A stretch of 64,000 nt of DNA from Eledone cirrhosa (GCA_964016885.1 OZ024746.1:46872001-46936000); one strand, 5' to 3'. Shown: positions 24,751-39,700, numbered from the stretch's first letter. Notes: generated by a model from the sequence alone, not told the origin. Translations and numbers: made by a program.

Positions 24751-25545
24751 CAATATGGCACCCCTACGACTTCCACAAGAGAGAGCTACGAGACCATACA
24801 ATACCAATAACCTACTTCAATAAGAAACCATTGTTGGTCTTTGAAATGGATTCAGCAATACTCGCGATGAGATTACGTGATCAATGTTTCCTATTTTAAT
24901 CTATTTCTGATGTATCTACTGACGGTGCTTGTGCACTGACGATGACAATGTGACTGCTAGTGTATTGCCAAACCACTCCATTTCACTAATGATTTGATTG
25001 TCAGATAACTACCATTACCATTATCCTATCTACCAGCGTAAGGTTATTGCATCATAGGACATTAAACTTTTCATTTGTTAAATCAATGAATCCCCAAAGT
25101 GTCAGAGAATTTCATTTAGAATATTCATTTCTTCTAGATCTTGAGCTTGTAAATAGTAAGCGTAAGACAGCTTATTCACATGTTGTTCTAAAGTTGAGAG
25201 ATTACCTTGTGTGTCAAACGTCTTTTCACTAAACTAGTTAATTAGTTTCCTTGCATTCTTGAACTCTACACGTGATATTTAAATGTCTGGTGTAACTACA
25301 TCGTGGTAATGCTTGAGTATGATTGATAACAAACACCTCCACGTACGCATATATATATATATATACACACACACATATATATATATATATAATTCAAGAG
25401 TAGACAAGACAAAAACATACGCAAAAACACAGTCTTATCCGAGTCTTGGAAGCAAATGAGTGTTTCGACGTAAGTCCTTTTTCAGGAAACGAGGAATTTG
25501 GAGGGAGAGAGAGAGAGGGGAGGGGTTGGACGGACGGAACTTTTG

Positions 25546-25580
<35 letters not shown>

Positions 25581-26334
25581 TGTGTGTGGGGGAGGGGTGT
25601 AAAGATAAAGTGAGAATGTATGTGTATTGGAGAAAAACAATAAATATGTAATTAGATAAATAAATAGATAGTTAGATAGATAGATAGATGGATAGATAGA
25701 CGCTACTTAATACAATAGATGCTGCCTGATTATGCCGGTCGCCCGCGTACCAGTAATTGGGAACAGGCTGGCTGGCATTATACTAGGAGGACTGCTATAT
25801 GGCTTTGAAACTCGTCATTGAATTGAATTTATTATTTGTATGCTATATGTGGGGTTGGGTGTAGGATTATAGTTTATTTTTGCCCGAGTTCAAGGATAGC
25901 AAGGGCTTGGTTTAGAATTATTTTCTTTCTATGACCATAATTATATTGATAGGTAGTTTGCTAGCTAGGTAGACTGATTGATTGGTTCTAATGCAAATAT
26001 TTCGTTGTGGTTATTACTGTGGAGAAGGTTATTCCTGTATGTTGAATTTTCCGTTATTTGGCACGATAAATCAATCAATGGGTGATATTGTTAATAGAGC
26101 TGGATGTCTGTATGTCCTACCCAACGAGTCCATCATCATGAATCTCTCCTCCCTTTCTTTCTCTGCAGAGAAGCACTCACAAAAACCCTCATGAACATAT
26201 AAACACACACACACCAATATTCATTATATATATATATATCGACAGTCGATCGACTTTCGTCAAATCGGACCGAGGAAACAATGTTTCCGTTGGTCTTTCC
26301 AATTGCTAGTACTCTCTATCGGTCACAACTCCAG

Positions 26335-26463
26335 GTAGAAGGAGCAACGTGAAATAAAGTGTCTTGCTCAAGGACATAACGCATCGCCCGGTCCGGGAAT
26401 CGAACTCACAACCTCACGATTAGGAATACAATTCTCTAACCAAGTCTCTAACCACTCGGCCAT
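26335..26463 (-). mobile_element. tRNA-derived SINE of a second family (CORE-like domain)
   Basis: Minus: TGGCCGAGTGG A box, GAGTTCGATTCC B box, then gtccttgagcaagacactt. Confidence 0.75.
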
Positions 26464-26465
26464 AT

Positions 26466-26839
<374 letters not shown>

Positions 26840-27604
26840 GTGTGTGTGTGTGTGTCTGTATTATTCTCTGCTTTCAATCTTCCTTTTACACTACTTATTC
26901 TCTTACATATATGGGAACATTCATAGACGGATATTTAAAAGGATGCACACACGCGCGCGCGCACACACACACACTCACAAACACACATACACACACAAGC
27001 AAATAAACAAATACACATATAAAACACTAATTTATTGCAAGACGACAAGTCGTTGAGGTCTTAGTTTAACTAAATACGTACACAGTAGCAGCTGTCACTA
27101 TCAGAAATGGCTTAGACATTGCAGAAAACTATTATTGACCTCCATATACGTTCATTACTTCCACTACCTCTTTACCGCACAGTCACTGAAGCTAAAGCCA
27201 GCTATAGCATCGAAGCTTCCACCACCAACGACAATGACATGTAACTATATAATCATCATCAACATTAATGCAAATATCATAAGTCACTACCAACCGCTAC
27301 TAAGATAATTAGAATCGAACTCCCCAAAGGTTATTATGAACAGCCCTATTCTTGTATCATTAACTTACACCGACTACTCCAACCACACGCATTATAAGCA
27401 CCACCCCTCGCCACACTGATGTGACCACCACAACCACCACCGCCACTCACCAGAATGTGCAATAGCTCAAAAATGCAAGTACTTCAGTAAATATCTACAA
27501 GTCTGTTATTTACATAAATATCATTTGATCGTTTGTCTATTGGTTTGTTTAATGGAAAACATTAGAGATTTTCATTAATACTTTTCATAATATTTCTATA
27601 GCCG

Positions 27605-27765
27605 CAGATATGCCGCTGCGGTTAAGAAACTCCGCCAACGACCACCTCGTTCGGATTCGATTTCGTTGCATTACAGGATGAGTAAGTGTTTCCTATAGCT
27701 ACAGGTTTATCAATGCCTTGCCAAGGAAATTTGACAGACGGAAACTGCCTGGAAGCCAGTCGTGT
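27605..27765 (+). mobile_element. Third SINE family, diverged (similar copy ~31140-31295)
   Basis: gcggttaagaa..ggattcgattt..taagtgtttcctatagc..gacggaaactg..gaagcc..cgt then (CA)n. Confidence 0.6.
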
Positions 27766-27783
27766 ACACACACACATACATGC

Positions 27784-27825
<42 letters not shown>

Positions 27826-28726
27826 GTATATATGTATGTGTGTATTTATGTGTGCATTTGTATGTGTATGCGTGTGTATGTATGTGTGCGATGATTACAT
27901 TATCCAATGTGTCCCTTTATATTCTATGAGTGCGATATATAATTTGAGTCCAATTATACCGGTTTTGTTTTTCTAGTAGGTTCAATAATCACATAAAGAT
28001 TCACTTTTTGCTAGCTATATTCTTCTAATCCACTTTATCTAGAACTATATTATCCAAAATACCCTTCTGTTGATTCAGATAACAGGGAGACGTTTCAGGC
28101 AATTTTGACTATGTTGAGACTTCATCGTAGGTTCGTTCATTTATATTGAGTCGGTATTTATGCGATGTTGTACCATCTGAAAGCTAACATGAAACTCAAT
28201 AATTTATTCATATCATAGATTATAATTAATTGAGAGATAATAGCTCATAGCCGTCTGATAAATTTCTACACTAGAATGTATTCTAAAATCAATCAAAAAT
28301 GTGATGATCATAACGTACAACACAGCAAGTGTTAATGCATCAAAACATACTTTTACAGATAAAGAAAACGAAGAATTATATAAATTGCATACATAAACAT
28401 AGACCAGCAGAAAACAATACTCTTATGTAGAAGAGATAAACATATCAATGAAAAGTATTGAGATATGCAAAAGCAATATTTCTATGTAAGGGTATATATT
28501 TTATTGTGTTTAACGTTGAATATGCTAAAAGAATAGGAGCCATTATTATTCATATTTACAGTCATTTGGTGTGTGTATGAATGGCTTCTATTTTACGTCT
28601 CTATAATTTTCAGTTTCGGTGGATATTTTTGTCTCTCATTTTGTCTGTTAATCATAACTTTGTAGTGTGATAGTTCTATATAATCGTGCGCACAATCTCT
28701 CACTCAAACACGCATATATACACACG

Positions 28727-28855
<129 letters not shown>

Positions 28856-28928
28856 GTAGGTCCCGGGTTGAGTCGGGGATAACCACAGTAAGTAAGGTAC
28901 TCAATACATGGCAGAGTAAATTTTTTTT

Positions 28929-29050
28929 ATTTTATAGAAGGAGCTTCTACAGGACTAGTACTGTTTCATTCAGATGAAATCTTCAGGAAGCTTCCTGAAG
29001 ATTTCATCTGAATGAAACAGTACTAGTCCTGTAGAAGCTCCTTCTATAAA

Positions 29051-29052
<2 letters not shown>
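28929..29052. repeat. Perfect 124-bp palindrome made of two back-to-back HHRs
   Basis: Centre AAG|CTT at 28990/28991; arms checked base by base. Confidence 0.95.
28989..29039 (+). ncRNA. Type I hammerhead (mirror copy on minus at 28942-28992)
   Basis: AGCTTC-CTGAAGA-tTTC atct GAAt-GAAA-CAG tactagtc CTG-T-A-GAAGCT; cut after 29033. Confidence 0.82.
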
Positions 29053-29077
<25 letters not shown>

Positions 29078-29084
<7 letters not shown>

Positions 29085-29265
29085 AATGGCTTCTACGGGA
29101 CTAGGACTGTTTCATTCGGGAGAAATCATCAGGGCTTAATAGTGATTTCTCCCGAATGAAACAGTTCTAGTCCTGTAGAAGCAATTTCTATATTAAATAT
29201 TTAAACCCTGCTATGTATTGAGTACCTTACTTACTGTGGTTACCCCGATTTAACCCGGGATAAAC
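29078..29265. mobile_element. Second, diverged fold-back copy of the same HHR/pLTR family
   Basis: Inverted arms around ~29138; minus core CTGATGA-tttctcccgaat-GAAA; tail 29200-29262 is an inverted homolog of 28860-28920. Confidence 0.75.
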
Positions 29266-29299
29266 TTATATATATATATATGTATATATATATATGTAT

Positions 29300-30590
29300 G
29301 TAAAAGGTAAAGAGAAATAACAACACAATCGGTACAGTATATGGAAGGTATATATTTGGTTAACGCTTGATATAGCAGGAAGAGGGTTTTAACGTTTCGG
29401 ACGCTAGTTCTTCATCAGAAGAAAGAATGAGAAATAAAATAGAGGGGAATTGGAATAAAATTGGAATAAAATTGGAATAAAATGAGAAATAAAATAGATT
29501 GAGGGGAATTGGAAAACATGTCTTTAGATAAAAATAACAGGTCCATTCATGTTGACATCTCTTGCAAAACTGTTGGTGCTGGCGTTTTGTGAATGATTTG
29601 TTTTTTAGAAAAGTGGATGATGGAGCGGGTCTACCTGAAATGGAAAAAAAAATGTTTTGTAAACAGAGCTATACTTGAGCACGTGCGTAAGCATGTGTTT
29701 GTGTGTGTGTGGGTTTTTTTTTGTGTGTCTGTGTGTATGTTTATGTGTGTGTGGGGTGTCTGTGTGTGTGTGTGTGTTATTATAGATCCGTACGAAGCTA
29801 AGAAGAAATGTCTGTGTATATGTGAGTAAAAGAGTGTCTGTGGATGTAAGTACGAAGCTATGAGCAAAAGTATGTTAATATAAGGGTGTGTATCGGCATG
29901 TATTAGTTGTAAGGGAAACTACTAATAATCAAGAGAAAGCGATAGGAATCTAGGGGTGTGATAATGGACGGCGTATTAGAGAAATTGGGGAGGTGAGTTG
30001 AATGCAAGAGGGGAATAGGACCCAAGACGGTGAATCACACTTTGTTCAGTTCTGGTGCGCGAGGCCTGTGATCCATGATGTAAAAGGACACCCAGGACTG
30101 AAACATGTAGGGAATAATGACCAGGAGAACAGAAATGACGGGCGACAGGAGTATCCAAACCGCAAAGGGAACACCGGAGAGCATAGACAACGTGGGTGCA
30201 GGTGAAGGAATGCCGGATACGGAAAGACCCGTTAGGGCCTGTAAGAGTGCTGAGGGTGGAAATAAAGGGACAAGTGTTGAAGCGGGAACGGGAACAAGGA
30301 TGAGAGCCGGCTGGAGTCGTGGGAGAGGACGAAAAGTAATCTGTGAACCAGGAGGTCGCGGAGGTTGCCGGCGCGCTTAAAAGCAGTAATGGGGACCTGG
30401 AGCGAGAAGTGACGGGCTTAGAAGTGAGGATACGGAAGGAACGGAGGATATGTCGCCGGAGTGGTAGGGTGATGGGGTGGTAGGTGAGAGGGAAAGGAAC
30501 ACGTGTGTTGGGAGGGCGGGGGTGAGGTGAGAGGACTGTAGTTGGATCTGTTTCACGGGCGCGGGTAAGAGCAGCTTGGATGCCCCACAT
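29300..30590 (-). mobile_element. 5'-truncated Neptune-type Penelope-like element (Cys linker + GIY-YIG, internally deleted) with degenerate HHR at ~29387-29422
   Basis: ORF 29976-30590: PLTYHP..HPCSRSRFNTCPFI..GPNGSFRIRHSFTC.HVVYALRCSLCG..PVARHF..EQSVIHRLG..P.AFN; minus CTGATGA-agaactagcgtcc-GAAACGTT. Confidence 0.85.
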
Positions 30591-30613
30591 ACTGTTTTAT
30601 TCGAATTCGATTC

Positions 30614-30666
<53 letters not shown>

Positions 30667-32679
30667 CATCTATGTATGTATGTATGTATGTATATATGTA
30701 TGTAAGTATATAGTTGGTAAAGCATGTGTTAGTTAATCACCGATACTATTGTATGTTAGAACATTCAACGAAGTATACTCTGGAGTATATTTATAATAAT
30801 GAAGTACAAGTCAACAGGTTAGGAGTTACTTCATTTATTCATAATCGCTGTTATATATTATTCGACATTATTTATTTATATATATGCTGTATGTCTGAAA
30901 AGAAAAAAAGAGTAGATGGTCACAACTGACCTGGAGCTAGACAATAACAAACAATAATTCAAGATGTGAAAACCACACTTTCATTACTTGCTGTTGACTG
31001 TAATTTGTAAAATCTATATCTTTGTTAGAAATCTATTTTCCTCAATAATAGATGTGATTTATTTGTCTAGATAAGTAGCTTAACGACAGATATGAAGGTA
31101 GACCAGTAGAAGAAACATATAGAATAGAGTAGAAAATAATGGACACATATGGGTAGTTTAAAATTTATCTTGGCAACTACATGGCTCCTGTTTCGATTCA
31201 GCTATGCAATATCTTGGGTAAGTGATTTTTATTATAGCCACGGATTTAGTAATGGTTTCTAAGTTTAAATCGGCAAACAGAAACTGTTCAGAAATCTTAC
31301 TGATGATATATATATATGTAATGGGTAAGATTCAAATTTCAGTCGTAACCAATGCACAAATTACATTGATCTCTCCTACTATATAGGACAACAATAAATC
31401 CCAACATCACTTCATCCTGAAGATGAGATTATAAACGTTAGAAGAGTATATGATGAATGTAAGACAAACCGAAAGGGACTGATTTAAAAATGACTCGTTA
31501 AGACATACAAAATAAGAATTCCATCGTTTTTTATCACCACACACGCACACACAAGCATACATGTATGTGTTGTTTGTTTGCGTTCATGTTTGTATTTATG
31601 TTTGATACAATACAATCGATTAAAAGAAAGGAGATAATGCGTTAAATGAGTCTAACTACTAATTAGCTAATATGTATAATATAGAATGATAAACAAGTAT
31701 ATGACTACAAAAATACTGGGAGCGCTACTGTAGACTAAATGCACTGATGGTGTGCCCAAACACGACTACAGTCCAATGACTAAAACTAATAAAATAATAT
31801 AAAATATATGTGTGCATAGGTAGACACAAATTGCCAGATTGTTAAGTAAACATCGAGAATGTTGAAGCCTAGTTACATGGAGACGGATTACGAAAGAGGT
31901 TGCTAAACAGACGAAGAGTTAAGTAAATAGATATAACTTGCAAGAAGACAGACATATATTCATGCTAGCATATAGAATATTAAAACAGTTGTAACGAGTC
32001 AGGTAGTAACACACTGACACATTTGCATTATGATAGATAATATTAGGGGAGACAGACAAAAATAGGATACAGGTTCTGAAGATTTGAGCAACAAACAGAA
32101 TGACAAACTGAAAGAGGGGAAAAAAGACATACACATAGACAAATAGATTTTCATTGTACAGCTTGACAAATTGAACTAACGAGAGTTAGAAAAATAATGG
32201 AGTAAAGATGAATAGCGCAACAGACTGACATAATGATGGATGGAGAAACGAACAGACATACTGACATACTGCCATAGGGAGGAACAAAGATATAGATAGA
32301 CTAACATTGGGACAAGTAAGTCTAATGAAGCTTGTCTATAAAGACACACTAATAAAGTGAGTTTGCAGGTATCTTACTAATTAAGACACGCAGATACACA
32401 CACGCACACACACACACACATACATAACACAAACACATACACACATACACACATACAAACACACACACAGATACTCGCAAAAACAAAAACACAGTCACAC
32501 ACATGTAGAAATAGTTGGAAACACTGGTGGGCAGAAAAGAAGAAATAAAGAGGCGTTCACTCACATAAAGATAATCAGACACAAAGATATTTGGCATCGT
32601 TTGAACATAATTATGAATAAACAGATGAAATTATAACAAAAGGAATAACAAAGGGAGCAACTTAGTTTGTGCCATTAGA

Positions 32680-32902
32680 ATAATTGTTTCTACTTTAGGC
32701 ACAAGGCCAGCAATTTTTTAAGGGGTGGGGAAAGTCGATTAAATGGACCCCAGTTCATTACTGGTGCTTTATTTTATCGACCCCGTAACGATGAAAGGCA
32801 AAGATAACCTCGGCGGAATTTGAACTCAGATCATAAAGGGCTGTAATTCTATGGTACAAAGCATGGCGCCCGACCCTCTACCGATACTGCCAATCCACTG
32901 CC
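32680..32902 (-). mobile_element. Full-length Octopus-type SINE (longer variant)
   Basis: Family match including head ggcagtggattggcagtatcgg. Confidence 0.88.
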
Positions 32903-33199
32903 AGTGAAATGAAAGAAAAAATGGTGCCAGAAAACTGAAGAAAACAATATACAAGGAAATAATTTCTAGTTAAAAGACAGGAAAAAGGTAAAGAAATGAA
33001 TGTATAATTTAAAAGTAAAAGTTACAGAAGTAGAATGATATAGTTAAATAAAGAAATCAAGAAGATATACTAAACCTACGCTAAGTATACCATCAAGTAG
33101 TTCAAAGAATAGTTTTCACACGTATGCACATATGTATCACTCTGACGGTCTTTCTCTTAAAATAAATATTAATATATATACAGTATATATATATATATA

Positions 33200-33232
<33 letters not shown>

Positions 33233-33635
33233 GTTATTTGCACAAATTAAAGTTAAATCTGTACTAATAATAAATATTTGCTCTACGCGTTATGTATATA
33301 TATCGAGCTCTCTTCCGATTTTGGTCTCCATAATTATTATTATATATATATATTATAATTACTATATATATATATATATATATAAGTTTGTGTGTGCGTG
33401 TGGATGTGTGTGGATGTGTGTGGGTGTGCGTGTGTGCGCACGCGTGTTTAAACACATACACACACACACATATATATATATATATGTTAAGTAATTCCGA
33501 AGGAAAAAGAGTGCTCTATGTATGAGCTATTTAATTAGAAAGTGAACAACACAAAATATATATGTTATCTCTGTCTGACGACCGATCCAGAAACCTTTTG
33601 TAATGCAGTAGTTATATTCTGTGTTGTTCACTTTC

Positions 33636-33710
<75 letters not shown>

Positions 33711-33871
33711 ATACTTTGGGAGGGTCATGTTGCCAATAAGAAACACACGCACCAGTTGCTTTCACTTCAATTTATTATATATTTATAAATTTATAAATTT
33801 ACAAATCTACAACAAACTTATAAATTTCTGGTTGGTTGGTTGGTTCCACAACCAGATAGTTGTTTATATAT

Positions 33872-33916
33872 AGTCATAGTCCTTTCGTCACACACTCTGT
33901 GACCTCTTCAGTGACT
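33872..33916 (-). ncRNA. Minimal type I hammerhead in PLE pLTR
   Basis: AGTCA-CTGAAGA-g-GTCACA gagtg TGTGAC-GAAA-G ga C-T-A-TGACT; perfect stems I and II. Confidence 0.87.
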
Positions 33917-34116
33917 GGGGATTCCTTTCTTTGTTTCTGTGCCTTTCCTTTCTTCTGTCCTACGCCATTTTGTTTCTGTGTGTGTGTTGTGTGCTCAGTT
34001 TGCGCATGCGCCACATCCGGGTGTCTGTGTGTGTTTGTGTTCATTTATCTATTTGTTTATTTATTTACATGTTGTTGGTTGGTTGTTTGTTCTATGTGTG
34101 TGTTTTCATTTTGTCC

Positions 34117-34800
34117 TTAATTGTAAGTTAGGATGTTGCTGTTCCACTCATATTTTCTATTTAATTTTGGTTGTAATTCTTTTATGCTTACTGCCTCTGT
34201 AATTTGCCTAAACATTGCATCTTTTCTGTGTGTGGATTCTATTTTTATTTCTATGTTCTCTAATTTACCCTTGTGTTCTATCTTAGCATGTTGGTAGAGT
34301 ACAGATGATTCTTTATTATCTTGAAGGTCTCGCCAGTGTTCATTTATCCGTTCCCCTATACTACGAGCTGTCTCACCTATGTACACTATATTTTTGTTTC
34401 TACATTGTCCTTCAGTACATCTTATGCTATACACTACATTTCTAGTTTTACAGTTAATATGGGGGCTTATTTTACAGGTTATACATTTCTTATCTATACA
34501 TGAGGGTCTTTGGAACGGGTATGTCTTGCTAATAAGTGTTTTTACGGAGGTACCTGGTCTTTCTACTATCTTAATATTGAGTTTATGTTTATTTAGGACC
34601 CTTCTAAATGTGTAGGCTAGTTCGCCTCTAGGGGTTGTATTGATGAACATTACACTCTGGTATTTATTGCTATCATACCATGAGTTTATTCTATTGGCCT
34701 TGTTCCTAGTTCTTTCTATTCTATTCCAAAATTTGCTCCTATACAAGGGGCAGGTCCCATTTATGTCATTATTTACCATTTTTTCCCATTTGGTTCTGGT
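34117..34800 (-). pseudogene. PLE RT C-terminus, Cys linker and GIY-YIG endonuclease (open frame, 5' truncated)
   Basis: CIDKKCITC..NCKTRNVVYSIRC..C..VYIGETARSIGERINEH..SVLYQH..RQITEAVSIKELQPKLN. Confidence 0.92.
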
Positions 34801-35042
34801 GTGTGACGAAAGGACTATGACTATATATAAACAACTATCTGGTTGTGGAACCAACCAACCAACCAGAAATTTATAAGTTTGTAGATTTGTAAATTTATAA
34901 ATTTATAAATATATAATAAATTGAAGTGAAAGCAACTGGTGCGTGTGTTTCTTATTGGCAACATGACCCTCCCAAAGTATAACAATATCGGTTTCAACAC
35001 ACGATTTCAGATAAAGAATCTTGCTAAAGAAATTCAGAAACG

Positions 35043-35078
<36 letters not shown>

Positions 35079-35452
35079 ACAGGGAGAAAGAGACGATTAT
35101 GAGGAAGAAAAATATATGACAACGTAGAAAATTAACAAGAATGTCGTCCTCAAAGGGTTAACCTTCAACCACGAGTGTTTTGCAAAACATCACAAGGTAT
35201 ATGCTGTTTATGACCCACATTTGCATCTTATATTCTCACTTGTGTTCAGTAGACAAGCCATTCGCCAGCTATTCCACTATTTCTTTCGACCCTCAGGTCA
35301 ACTTGTAGTGTTGTTTACAGTGTTGATAACATTACGCTAGCTTTAATTTCAACTTTCACATAAATCATTTTCCCGAAATAGGTACTATTCGCTGAAATCA
35401 CACACATAAGATATGCTGTGTATGTGCATATAAGTAGACGTGTCTGTTCGCG

Positions 35453-35491
<39 letters not shown>

Positions 35492-35612
35492 ATATATGAT
35501 CGAACAATTCTTGATTCATCGACTTGTGTTGCATTTGTGCAACATTGAAGACATTAAATCCCCAATATATATATATGAAGAAAGAAAGAAAGAAAGAAAG
35601 AAAAAAAGAAAA

Positions 35613-35643
<31 letters not shown>

Positions 35644-38600
35644 AAAACAAAAGACAGCCCGAGAGAGAATTTAAAAGAATTAAATAATTATGTAAATAAG
35701 CATTAAATAATTATATAAAGATCACGTTATACATGAAAACTAATACTTGAAGTTGCACCTAATACTTTTTTACATATATCTTTACAGTACATATCGAAAA
35801 TAAATTAGTTCATACAAAATCAATTACAGTTTTTGTTGCAAAATGTTGGGGTAAACCTTATATCATGGTTATTTTATGTATTTTTGTACTGGCCGGTTTT
35901 GGCTGAGTATCTCTTCAAAATTACATTTGTATTGATGCTGTGTTATCTCTATCACGTGTCGTTACCATGATTTATTTTTTTAAAACAAAGCGCAACAAGC
36001 CATGTGATTAATTTTGCCTAAATACATTTTTGCTTCTTTTAAAATTGTATATTATGAAATTCTTTTACTTTCATTGGCTAAATACCAAACATTGTAGCAG
36101 GTCGAGATTTGAACTTGCTATCTTCCTGTAGCTGATTGCCTATTACGCGATCACGTTTTCCTTGATATTGAAATCTAAACTATAATAAATTAAGGAGTGC
36201 GGGACTGCGTACAGTTTATTTCTTTTAATCTAGTTAGTAAAATAAGTTGGATTACTTTGAATAAATAATGAATGAATATTACATAATTTATCTACTAAAT
36301 TTCGTTATTATTGATTAAATATGAATAATTATGTTACTTATTTTAAGATTCACTTCTTTAAAATGTTCAAATGTCAACACTTCCTGTTAGCGATCGCTTA
36401 AATAAACATTCATATATTTCCGTCACTGATTTTCTCCTAATGCAGTTTATATATAATATCGTCTGTTATTAATGTATCATGGATTACGTTACTGATTACA
36501 TAAGAGAGTGTAACACAGTCTTCGTTCAATTTCTGTGTATATTGTCTATTACGATTTTATTTGATGTATCATATCTACATGCATATATACTTGCGTATAA
36601 TATCAATATGCACACTACACATGCTAACAGACAACCACCCGAAGGGTGGTTTTTCTGCTAGTTCTTATAAATAACCTGATATAGAGTCGTTAAAATGTCG
36701 GATATAATGTTTATCTGTAATCGTTTCGGCTCTCTGAGTTCAAATCCAGTCGAGGTCAACATTGCTTTTCATCTCTTTGATGACGATAAAAAAGTACCAC
36801 TCTAGTATTGGTGACGATTCTTCATCTGTATCTTTTTCTCATTGCCTTCCTCCCTCTCATACTTGCTCCTTTTCTGGAAGAAATGAGTTGTTTTCAGACC
36901 TGGAGAGATATGGGTCCCGGCATGGTTAAATGCCTAAAACACGCAGTATATCACTACAGCGCCCTACGATTAGATCAGCAGCTATGGGTCGATATATATA
37001 TAAATAACCAGCTTAAATCGTAATATTTGAAATTTGTTCCTATGTCAATTTAATGCAACTCTGTATGAGTTTTTCACTGTTTTTCTCCTTTTTTGGCTAT
37101 GGAAATTAACTTCAAACAACATACTCTCATACACGCTTACGTACACATCACCTTCATTCTCCATTCTTCCTTTCTATCATTTATCCCAAAATCTTTTTTC
37201 CATTAACCACTGATCAGAAAACAAACAAAATGCATTTAACATGAAATAAATTTATGCATTATGCAAAATTTGAATAAATTTATATATAAAAATATATATA
37301 AAATAAGATTAATTTATTCACAATATTCCTGTTTATTTTTAATAATAAACCAAATTTTTTATGTAAATGAAAGGAAAGGAGCATTCTCTTCTTCATTTCT
37401 TTGACAATTGGCAACGCAAATGATGTGTTTCGAACTTACAATCGAAAAACTATCTAATTTCCTGAGAACATACACTTGCAGTGCGGCGTTGTTTTAGCTA
37501 GTTCAAATGGAAAATACTGGACAATTTGCTGACGTGGACACATTAATTTTAAAATTTATTCTCGGGAGAGTAAAGTTTATACTGATGAATATTACCAAAA
37601 CATAGCTTGAACTTTCGAGAAAATTTTAAATGGTTTCAGTGGATAGAATCAATTGCAGCATTTGGTCCAGCTCTCTGAATTATAAACTAAAATATCAACG
37701 AATTTTACTTTTCCTTTCGTTGTATTGAGGACTGATACATGAAGTACCAGTGTGGTCGACTCATTTCTCCCTAGTTTCTTCCCCTTTTGTATTAGCTAGA
37801 CTATGCTATGAGTAGAGCTGTGAGAGAATATTGACAGTATCCCTTTCTACAGAAATAGACGGAAAGATTTGCAAGAGAGAAGAGCAAACTCGTCTCACAG
37901 AAAAATTAGTGCGCAACTGGAGGCGTCGAAAGGCGAACTGATTTGCAATATGAAATAAAGAATAAAACATATTGTAAGATGAACGTTTACTGTCTTTGTG
38001 GGCACTTCGACAATACCTACGCTAAAACCATTGATAGAGTAAATGTTCCTTACACAGTAATTGCAAGAAGGAATAGAATAGTAATCATTAATATATTTTA
38101 CGATACTAATGTAAACAAGACAGAAACATTGTATTTATTTTCAAAACTAGTTTTTGTTCTTTTAACTTTCTTTTTTTTTATTCTTTTTATTTTCACTACT
38201 GGTAAGCTTTGGTGAGATACATATGTAATAATTTTCAATAGAAATTTGTTTCATATGAGATGGAAGTTATTTTTCAAACAAGAAAACATAGTAGTAACGA
38301 GAATTCGCCTTAAAGAATGTTTGCAAAATAAACATGGTCTTTTCAAATAATTGAATTAAATTAACTTTTTTTTCACTTGGCTTACTTGCGTACAATCTCA
38401 GGATTATGATTGTTTTCAATATTTTTTCTCTAAAACAAAGAAAAGATTGATTTTATACAAGCAATAAATATGCTTGAAATTGTTTTTCAATTATCAAAAC
38501 AACTTCGTTATAATCATTTGTTTGTCAATAGTCGCTGTAAGAAGAAAGTAAGGTATTCTTCTAAACAAAAGAATTTAGCTTTCCTTTTTCGGGTTGTCTC

Positions 38601-39334
38601 AAATTTGCTACACATTATAAGCAGGTGGCAATCCCATAACCGTGACAATCCCATTGACTTACGTTGTATCGTAATGTAAATAACATCTTAAACAATGAAA
38701 ATGTATAATATTGTTAATGGTTATGTTCAATGATGGTCATTTCACTATTTAATCGCACACGTAAATTCATAACCTAATCAGTATAAATGTCAGTTACATA
38801 ATTGATATGTGAGACGATTCAGTGCAATTGTATATTTATTCCAGAATATAGAACTCACTTGATGGGATAAGTAAAGAATATTTGCTGCCAAACCTCGAAA
38901 AGACCTCAAATGTTACAAAAATCACCTAGTGTTAGGTGTCTAGTTAAAAATAAAATAAGAAGTCGCAATAGAATATTGTGAGCTTTTATGAAAATCAGAA
39001 ATGCCATTGTCAATTTGCTTCAATTTTATTTAATGCTGTCGAGGATATTACAGGCAATTCACGATGAAGTTCGTTAGACTTCAACTTACTTTCGAATTAC
39101 ATCGTTCAATTTGTATCACATCGTTAGCTTCGGTTATCATGTCATTAACGAGTCGAGGAAAAATGTATTTGAGTGACAAAATATGAAACAATTATAAAAT
39201 GCAAATCTCTGCTATAAACGACTGCTCTGCTTCAACATATTCACTTTGATATCACCATATGTTATTTAACATCAATTCACTAAACATCATTCTTTGATCT
39301 AACCATATCACATACATACACACACGTGCAAACA

Positions 39335-39367
<33 letters not shown>

Positions 39368-39428
39368 GCATATAAATGCATATATATATATGCATATAAA
39401 TGCATATATATGTATATATAAATGCATA

Positions 39429-39522
<94 letters not shown>

Positions 39523-39651
39523 TTTATTTATATAGAATGAGAAAATGCGAAGTAGTTTCAGATGTTAAAGTCCTTTATTGGTATATATTTATATATATAG
39601 AGAGAGATATATGTGTGTGTGTGTGTGTGTGTGAGTGTGTGCGTGTGTGCG

Positions 39652-39695
<44 letters not shown>

Positions 39696-39700
39696 TGTGT

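Larger units (their letters stand above)
33706..35044 (-). mobile_element. 5'-truncated Penelope-like element with intact GIY-YIG domain, HHR-containing pLTR and inverted pLTR plus tail, inserted in (TA)n
   Basis: Inverted arms ~33706-33894 / 34800-34987; extra ~57-bp tail 34988-35044 homologous to 59800-59845; (TA)n both sides. Confidence 0.92.

Noticed and set aside
23129-24810. Plus-strand ORFs over the CRE element
   Set aside because: Antisense shadows of a GC-rich coding remnant
25455-25490. HHR-like motif on minus (CTGAAAA..GAC ttac GTC GAAAC)
   Set aside because: G8 lost without compensation and no stem I/III pairing; at most a dead relic
26240-26300. Minus-strand GAAA-GTCGATCGAC-T palindrome and GGAAACA-a-TGTTTCC hairpin
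   Set aside because: Position 17 is G and no upstream core was found
35100-39300. Possible host exons in long repeat-poor AT-rich stretches
   Set aside because: No ORF with recognisable homology; small exons cannot be excluded without RNA-seq
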